DNA from: a virus
Lineage: Duplodnaviria > Caudoviricetes
DNA: 64,000 nt
Virus record (IMG/VR): IMGVR_UViG_3300021164_001199
Coordinates: 1 to 64,000 of that record
Direction: 5' to 3' (one strand)
The notes below the pieces were generated by a model. The model saw only the letters and a program-made list of their open reading frames with translations. It was not told where the DNA came from and did not search any database. Below, one piece after another: positions 59,028-64,000 of this stretch; within the stretch, counting starts at the first letter, position 1, and each line of letters begins with the position of its first letter. A program made the position numbers and the translations under genes.

Positions 59028-59159
59028 ATGAAAAAGGGAACAGCAGTAAGTAAATCTATTAAATCAAAAGTTAAAAGAAAGGGAGTTCATAGTAAAAACA
59101 AGAACTCCCGTTCTAAAAACTCTAAGAATTATGCAAAAAAATATAAAGGTCAAGGTTGA
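59028..59159 (+). CDS. Small basic protein (43 aa) ending in YKGQG
   Basis: Not in the ORF track. Translates to MKKGTAVSKSIKSKVKRKGVHSKNKNSRSKNSKNYAKKYKGQG*. Last + strand gene; overlaps the convergent ORF by 10 nt. Confidence 0.65.
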   Translation: MKKGTAVSKSIKSKVKRKGVHSKNKNSRSKNSKNYAKKYKGQG

Positions 59160-59458
59160 ATTATAGGTTCTAAATCTAGTAATTTTCTAGAGTTTTCATC
59201 ATGAGGTTGGAATACTGTAGTATGATATCTTTTAATAGCATGCATAGTATAAATGACAAAAAATTCACTTATAGATTTTTCCTCTTTATTTATAACCCTA
59301 TTAGTGTAATATAATGCTCTTAGATGAGATAATATTTCTTTATCATCATATCCACTAGCTTTTGACATCATCACTGCTAAGTTAAAATCATCTATTAGTG
59401 GTGACATAAACATATCATTAATTGTCACTAAAGATTTAAGGTTTTCATTTTTTTTCAT
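59150..59458 (-). CDS. Hypothetical protein
   Basis: 102-aa ORF, last gene of the - strand block. No recognisable motif. Confidence 0.5.
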   Translation of the reverse strand: MKKNENLKSLVTINDMFMSPLIDDFNLAVMMSKASGYDDKEILSHLRALYYTNRVINKEEKSISEFFVIYTMHAIKRYHTTVFQPHDENSRKLLDLEPIIQP

Positions 59459-59484
59459 AAAAAAAGGGGAGTGTTTAGCTCCCC
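59459..59484 (-). terminator. Rho-independent terminator (- strand)
   Basis: GGGGAG-7nt-CTCCCC stem followed by a T7 run on the - strand. Confidence 0.7.
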
Positions 59485-59490
59485 GTTGGT

Positions 59491-59712
59491 TTAATCAAAA
59501 CTAATGTTATTTTCATTCATGATATCACGTAACTTATCTCTAACTTTGACATAAGTATCATAAGCATCTTCACTAAGTGCATCATTATATTTGATTTCAG
59601 ATCTTAAGTGTTGATCTAAATCCCATAATGCTAAGTAATAGGAATTTGCTTTTGTTGACATTGTAAACTCTGCATTGTCATCAGGCAAGTTAAATTCAAG
59701 AATTGCTTTCAT
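59491..59712 (-). CDS. Conserved small phage hypothetical protein
   Basis: MKAILEFNLPDD..EF.M..KA.....LWDLDQ.LRS..KY. The ATG at 59712 is preferred over the upstream alternative start. Confidence 0.6.
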   Translation of the reverse strand: MKAILEFNLPDDNAEFTMSTKANSYYLALWDLDQHLRSEIKYNDALSEDAYDTYVKVRDKLRDIMNENNISFD

Positions 59713-60094
59713 CTTCAAAGAATTGTTTTAAGTTAGGTCTTTCATAAGTTTCAGGCTTTAATATTTTACCATCTTCTCTCCTTCTTACTTTACCATCAGG
59801 TTCAAGTTTGGTCATGTTACTTCTATGTATTTCATTAAATACATCTACAATAACATCTTGCATACCGTGAGCTATTATAGTACCCAAAAGGATATATAGC
59901 TTATCACCTAATGCATCAGCAATTTCAACTAAGTCTTTTTTAGTTGCTCCAACATGATACTCTTGATTCTCTTCAAACATTAAAGAGAATCTAAGATCAA
60001 CTTCTTTATTTTCTAAATTAGTTGGTTCTGTATTATATGGAATATCAAAAGCTTCATTGAATTCAATTAGTTTATTAATAAGATCCTGTATCAT
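59696..60094 (-). CDS. MazG-like (PRA-PH family) nucleoside triphosphate pyrophosphohydrolase
   Basis: EENQEY...EIADALGDKLYI...EIHRSNMTKL..DGK...REDGKILKP. Confidence 0.85.
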   Translation of the reverse strand: MIQDLINKLIEFNEAFDIPYNTEPTNLENKEVDLRFSLMFEENQEYHVGATKKDLVEIADALGDKLYILLGTIIAHGMQDVIVDVFNEIHRSNMTKLEPDGKVRRREDGKILKPETYERPNLKQFFEDESNS

Positions 60095-60452
60095 AAATTA
60101 GATTATTGTTATTATTTGTTTCTTTTAATCTTTCAAGCAACATTGCTCTAAGTAATAAGAGATAATTAATATTATCTCCTATCTTTTCATCTACATATTC
60201 TTGAGTATAATGTCCACGTACTTCTCCACCTATTTCTAGATCTGTGACAATATCTCTAATACTAATTATATGTTTTACCATATAGTGCCATAGTACTCCT
60301 TCTCTTGTATCACACATTGATACTCCTATACCATTTTCAAAATTAGCAAAAGCATTATACTCCTTAGAATATTCTTTTCCTTTTTGCTTAAGGGTTTCCA
60401 TTAAGTGCATTAAAGCATCTTCACTTGATTTTATAAATTCATCTCTTTTCAT
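60075..60452 (-). CDS. All-alpha NTP-pyrophosphatase-like / nucleotide-modification-associated (DUF1599-like) protein
   Basis: KGKEYS...FANFE...KH...EKIGDNINYLLLL pattern. Confidence 0.5.
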   Translation of the reverse strand: MKRDEFIKSSEDALMHLMETLKQKGKEYSKEYNAFANFENGIGVSMCDTREGVLWHYMVKHIISIRDIVTDLEIGGEVRGHYTQEYVDEKIGDNINYLLLLRAMLLERLKETNNNNNLIYDTGSY

Positions 60453-62437
60453 TAGAATAAAGCTAATTGTTGTTGTTTATAAGTAGGAATTATTTTTGTT
60501 ATTTCTTCTTCAACTTTACCTAAATAATACAGTTTATCAATATCATATTCACTAAAGTCTTTGTTAATATCAATCTTATTAAGAAGTGTTTGTTTATTTT
60601 CTCCTGCAATAACATTGATGACTCTTTTGTCAATTATATTGTATTTGTAATATTTTTTACCTTTTTTACTTACTAGTAGTCTTAGAACTTTTTGTTGAGG
60701 TACACCTTCATTATCTTGAAAAACCCAATCAGAACCTTTAATTTTGGTACCAATACAGAAATCAAAAATATCTTTGTTATTATCTATATACTCATCTGGT
60801 TTTATATCCTTGATGAAATAGTTATAAATAGCTTTTGGTATAACTAATGCACTATGATTCTTATGTAGAGGAAGATTAAAGAAATCAAGTCTACCTTTAC
60901 ACTTTGTTGCATTATAAAAATATTTATCATCCTTTATAGTAAACTTATAATGAGGATATTCTATCATTATTTTGTCATAGTCTTCCTTTGATACTTCTTT
61001 GTCTTTTAATACAGCAATATAGTTATTTACATCAGCAATAATCATTTCTTTATATTGATCATGTTCTAACTTCAACTTTGTTATTTTTTCCCATTGAGCA
61101 CAAATTTCAAGATATTTATCTATATACTTTACAGGAATCATTGTTTCTAAACCATCTGTATTTTGCATGATTGGAAAGCAATGTGGTATTCCCTGGGTTA
61201 ACATCTCATATAACATGCATAGACTAAGTTGCCCATTCATAGTTATTCTCATTGTAAACTCTGGATCATATAGAAAACAATCTTTATCATTACTTAAACC
61301 ATAAGTTGAATTAAGAATAATTTTATATACATAGTTCTTTGGATCTTTTTTAGATAGTTTTCTACGTTCATCAAAGAACCATTCATATTGCTCACAGAAT
61401 TCAGCTTTAGGTAAATGAGCAGGAGCCCATTGATTTTGGATAGCTAGATTTGGATAAAATGATGTAACATCACTAGTCATAATAACCATTTGTTCATTTG
61501 ATCTATAAATACCTTTTTCTATGGCACCATGTAAACCACCTAAACCAAATACGGTCTTTACTCCTTTGTAATTTAAAGTATATTTAAATGCATCTTTAGT
61601 TTGTAACGGATCTATTTCTACTTCTTTGAAAGCTTCATGTAGTTCTTGAAATTCTTTAGTTTCAAATTTAATATAGTCAAGAAGAATATCCTTAACTACA
61701 ATCTTTTCTCTGAATGTTCTTTGTTTTTTTAACTCTGATTTACTTATTCCTGTTTTCTTTGATAAGAAATATAAGAATAATTCCTTTGACATTTTTGGTT
61801 CAGAAGCACTGAATAGGTTTATACCATATTCATTAGTAAGAGTCTTCCTTAAATCTATTTGATCTTTACTTTGATGTAGTATCCATTTAGTTGCTTTGAC
61901 ATCATTTAAACAATAATCAATGATCATATCTATTTGATCAGATTCAATCCAAGCAGCGTGATGTAATGGCATATCTACTATGTTATGCCATTTAGAAGTA
62001 AACTCAATCCATTTCAATGAAGATGCTTTAGCTGGGTTATCCCAATGATTAAGTTTAAATACATCTATTTGTCTTATAGATAAATCCTTCTCACTAAAAT
62101 CAGCAAATCCTTCATCATTTTTCTTCTCAATAATATATTGAGCATATTCATATAGCCAATTTGCTATTGATTCACCATTTTCTTCATCATACAAAACTTC
62201 TTGATTATGAAGCAAGTACTGAGTAATCTGAGAGTCAAAAGCTAAACCATTATATGAGATATGCCATTCATTATTTGAAGCATTTTGATTTAAGAAATTA
62301 AGTAGTTCTTTAATTTGATTTTTACTTTTATGAACTACAAATACCTTAGTTTCTTCTGTCTTATAATGTTCAAAGCATCCTATGAAGCAATTAATTATCG
62401 TCTCATAATCCATTACATAATGATTCATCATATACAA
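60452..62437 (-). CDS. Family B DNA polymerase with 3'-5' exonuclease
   Basis: Exonuclease motifs DYET, YNGLAFD and YCLND. Polymerase motifs SDVTSFYPN, KIILNSTYG and QNTDG. The true start is probably an ATG at 62431 or 62428. Confidence 0.92.
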   Translation of the reverse strand: MYMMNHYVMDYETIINCFIGCFEHYKTEETKVFVVHKSKNQIKELLNFLNQNASNNEWHISYNGLAFDSQITQYLLHNQEVLYDEENGESIANWLYEYAQYIIEKKNDEGFADFSEKDLSIRQIDVFKLNHWDNPAKASSLKWIEFTSKWHNIVDMPLHHAAWIESDQIDMIIDYCLNDVKATKWILHQSKDQIDLRKTLTNEYGINLFSASEPKMSKELFLYFLSKKTGISKSELKKQRTFREKIVVKDILLDYIKFETKEFQELHEAFKEVEIDPLQTKDAFKYTLNYKGVKTVFGLGGLHGAIEKGIYRSNEQMVIMTSDVTSFYPNLAIQNQWAPAHLPKAEFCEQYEWFFDERRKLSKKDPKNYVYKIILNSTYGLSNDKDCFLYDPEFTMRITMNGQLSLCMLYEMLTQGIPHCFPIMQNTDGLETMIPVKYIDKYLEICAQWEKITKLKLEHDQYKEMIIADVNNYIAVLKDKEVSKEDYDKIMIEYPHYKFTIKDDKYFYNATKCKGRLDFFNLPLHKNHSALVIPKAIYNYFIKDIKPDEYIDNNKDIFDFCIGTKIKGSDWVFQDNEGVPQQKVLRLLVSKKGKKYYKYNIIDKRVINVIAGENKQTLLNKIDINKDFSEYDIDKLYYLGKVEEEITKIIPTYKQQQLALF

Positions 62438-62441
62438 TTTT

Positions 62442-62472
62442 AAAAAACAAAAAAAGGGGAATTACCCCCTTT
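62442..62472 (-). terminator. Terminator-like hairpin between the 62493 ORF and the DNA polymerase gene
   Basis: AAAGGGG-6nt-CCCCTTT stem with a T-run downstream on the - strand. Confidence 0.55.
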
Positions 62473-62492
62473 CCTTGTTAATAGTAATAAAA

Positions 62493-62873
62493 TTAAGCTA
62501 GAACGGCTTGAGTCTCAAAATACTTATTAGAATTAAAAGTATCATAGTTAATACTAAACATTTCTAAAAAACTTTTAATCTCAGCTTTGTCTGTAATATA
62601 ATATTCGTGAAATGTTTGAATAGTTTTTCTTTCCTCACGGTAAGGTTTACCATTCATTCTAGGTTTACCTTTACCAACTGGTACTGGATCACCATTTTCA
62701 TCTACACGTGGAATCATGTGAAATGATTCTTTAGATTCTTTTAGAAACAGAACTAATACTTTAGTTTCTGTATCAAAGATTCCTTCTACATATGGGCAAT
62801 CTCCTGTTATAGGTATCATCCTAAAGGCTTCACGCCCTTCCCATTCGGATGAAATCATTAGCATATTCTTCAT
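62493..62873 (-). CDS. Hypothetical protein
   Basis: 126-aa ORF with its own -7 promoter element and a downstream hairpin. Confidence 0.6.
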   Translation of the reverse strand: MKNMLMISSEWEGREAFRMIPITGDCPYVEGIFDTETKVLVLFLKESKESFHMIPRVDENGDPVPVGKGKPRMNGKPYREERKTIQTFHEYYITDKAEIKSFLEMFSINYDTFNSNKYFETQAVLA

Positions 62874-62887
62874 TATTTTGGTTTTTA

Positions 62888-62895
62888 CAAAGATA
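62888..62895 (-). promoter_or_regulatory. Bacteroidota-type sigma70 -7 element
   Basis: TATCTTTG on the - strand, followed by TAAAAA, 14 nt before the ATG at 62873. Confidence 0.6.
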
Positions 62896-62901
62896 CATAA
62901 G

Positions 62902-63471
62902 TTATTTTGTTAAATCCAATTCTAGAAGTTCTAATTTAAGATCTTCTTTTTCAAAATCAGGTTTTTCACAAAGTTCTCCAACTTCAACTAAAGCTGCTTT
63001 CACAGTTTTAAAATCATCAGATGATAATATTTCAGCATATTTGTCTATATACTTATCAGGATACAGATAACTATCTATATACTCCTGGTGTGTTTTAGAC
63101 TGCTTAAAGAAACTTAAAACATTTTGTTTATAGTCTTCATTAAATTTTGAATATTTACCTTCAACAAAGGCAGAAAATTCATACTTATATAAACTAAGAT
63201 CAAAGATATAAACTGCTTTTTCTTCTCCTACATATTGAAAATCATCAAATTTAGGATTAGCAAATAGTTTTATCTTCTCAAATGTTTTAAATTCTTGATC
63301 TTGCCTAATATGATATAGGCAAATCAATTTATTATCATCTACACTATAATGATCTTTCCAAGAAATATAAGTTTCTATTGGAGTAACACTACTACCACGC
63401 TTTATGTCTAAAGCTGGATATAAGAAAATTCTTGATTTTTGTATGTATTCAATATACAACTGTTTAATCAT
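62902..63471 (-). CDS. Hypothetical protein
   Basis: 189 aa with QKSRIFLYP.L and GKYSK motifs. Lies in the replication block. Confidence 0.6.
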   Translation of the reverse strand: MIKQLYIEYIQKSRIFLYPALDIKRGSSVTPIETYISWKDHYSVDDNKLICLYHIRQDQEFKTFEKIKLFANPKFDDFQYVGEEKAVYIFDLSLYKYEFSAFVEGKYSKFNEDYKQNVLSFFKQSKTHQEYIDSYLYPDKYIDKYAEILSSDDFKTVKAALVEVGELCEKPDFEKEDLKLELLELDLTK

Positions 63472-63483
63472 AAGATTAATATT

Positions 63484-63999
63484 TTACAAAGTTACATTCC
63501 CCATAGCGAATCTATAGGGTAAAGTGAAATCACCACTATTAAGGTGGTATTTTGCTTCTTCAACTCTTTGTATAAACTTAGATGTCCATAACTCCATTGT
63601 TTCATTTGACACTGGAAAGCAATATACTTGCTCATAAGTATCATAAACTATGAAATTAAATTCAATGGTCCAAAGTTCTTGGTCTTTGAATCTAGATAAT
63701 ATTTGGTTTTTAACTAATTTGTAATATATAGCAGCTTGGAGCCAATAGTTATAATACTGAACTGTTTCTTCAAAATCTACTATAGATTTACCTGTGGTTT
63801 TTAAATCATTAATTCTTACAACTTTGTTTTGATAATCTATAACTAAATTATCTAATACACCTTTGAATCCAAAATCTTGTTCTTTATCAAAATACTTAAG
63901 CTCAATCTCATTAAAGCATTCTAATAGTTCCCAGGAACTTTGTGTAACTAATTTGCTTGATACTACTTTGTCTTCTTTAATTCTCTCAACACCTTTAAC
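63484..63999 (-). CDS. PD-(D/E)xK (RecB/Cas4/exonuclease VIII-like) nuclease, 5'-truncated by the window edge
   Basis: Not in the ORF track. Reads NEIEL...FKGVLDNLVID...INDLKTT...YNYWLQAAIY...LPYRFAMGNVTL*. Confidence 0.8.
   Translation of the reverse strand, partial: VKGVERIKEDKVVSSKLVTQSSWELLECFNEIELKYFDKEQDFGFKGVLDNLVIDYQNKVVRINDLKTTGKSIVDFEETVQYYNYWLQAAIYYKLVKNQILSRFKDQELWTIEFNFIVYDTYEQVYCFPVSNETMELWTSKFIQRVEEAKYHLNSGDFTLPYRFAMGNVTL
63487..63494 (-). promoter_or_regulatory. Bacteroidota-type sigma70 -7 element
   Basis: TAACTTTG on the - strand, followed by TAAAAT, 15 nt before the ATG at 63471. It is embedded in the last codons of the upstream nuclease gene. Confidence 0.55.
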
Positions 64000-64000
64000 A

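Noticed and set aside
60452-62437. Intein or intron in the DNA polymerase
   Set aside because: The 661-aa ORF has continuous exonuclease and polymerase motifs with no insertion.
771-63070. Short ORF-track entries overlapping long genes (for example 771-956, 3616-3846, 9586-9831, 11433-11714, 33329-33631, 38521-38769, 49351-49632 and 55121-55441 on -, and 30121-30303, 57061-57246 and 62849-63070 on +)
   Set aside because: They are antisense or out-of-frame shadows of well-supported genes, with Leu/Ser/Phe-rich composition and no motifs.
1-64000. Stop-codon reassignment, as found in some crAss-like phages
   Set aside because: Genes up to 12.5 kb are uninterrupted in the standard code and coding density is near complete. 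TAA and TGA both terminate genes. I saw no TAG stops, but nothing here requires recoding.
1-64000. tRNA or rRNA genes, integrase, IS elements, host chromosomal genes
   Set aside because: Intergenic gaps are short and AT-rich with no cloverleaf-like sequence seen. No recombinase, transposase or housekeeping genes were recognised.

Overview
This is about 64 kb of an AT-rich, intact-looking tailed phage genome of the Crassvirales (crAss-like) type. The host is probably Bacteroidota: there are TAnnTTTG -7 promoter elements and AT-rich leaders with no obvious Shine-Dalgarno sites. Positions 1-59159 (+ strand) form the late/virion block. It holds the end of a capsid-region gene, six tiny Lys-rich ORFs interrupted by an endonuclease VII-type homing endonuclease, ring/adaptor and auxiliary capsid proteins, Cys-rich tail fibre-like genes, a metallophosphoesterase, an IHF/HU-like protein, two more ring proteins and a 1633-aa tail stabilisation (muzzle) protein. 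These are followed by about 41 kb of large, probably ejected, cargo proteins, including a 4187-aa single-chain virion RNA polymerase (DFDID motif). Positions 59150-64000 (- strand) carry replication genes: family B DNA polymerase, a MazG-like NTP pyrophosphatase and a PD-(D/E)xK nuclease. The most notable observations are as follows. (1) The three consecutive giant proteins total 8360 aa but contain only four cysteines, all at the two gene junctions, which suggests a head-to-tail disulfide-linked injection train. (2) The vRNAP carries an internal, linker-delimited cassette with AlkB, ASCH and NADAR domains plus two less certain domains. (3) A 2328-aa polyprotein is built from enzyme-like modules separated by repeated xQxGG-(FNPxTDEF) linkers, and the same GG motif recurs in other cargo proteins and in the tiny basic proteins. 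(4) The homing endonuclease is flanked by two synonymous copies of its host gene's 3' end. All family assignments come from reading motifs by eye and from synteny; no database searches were run.
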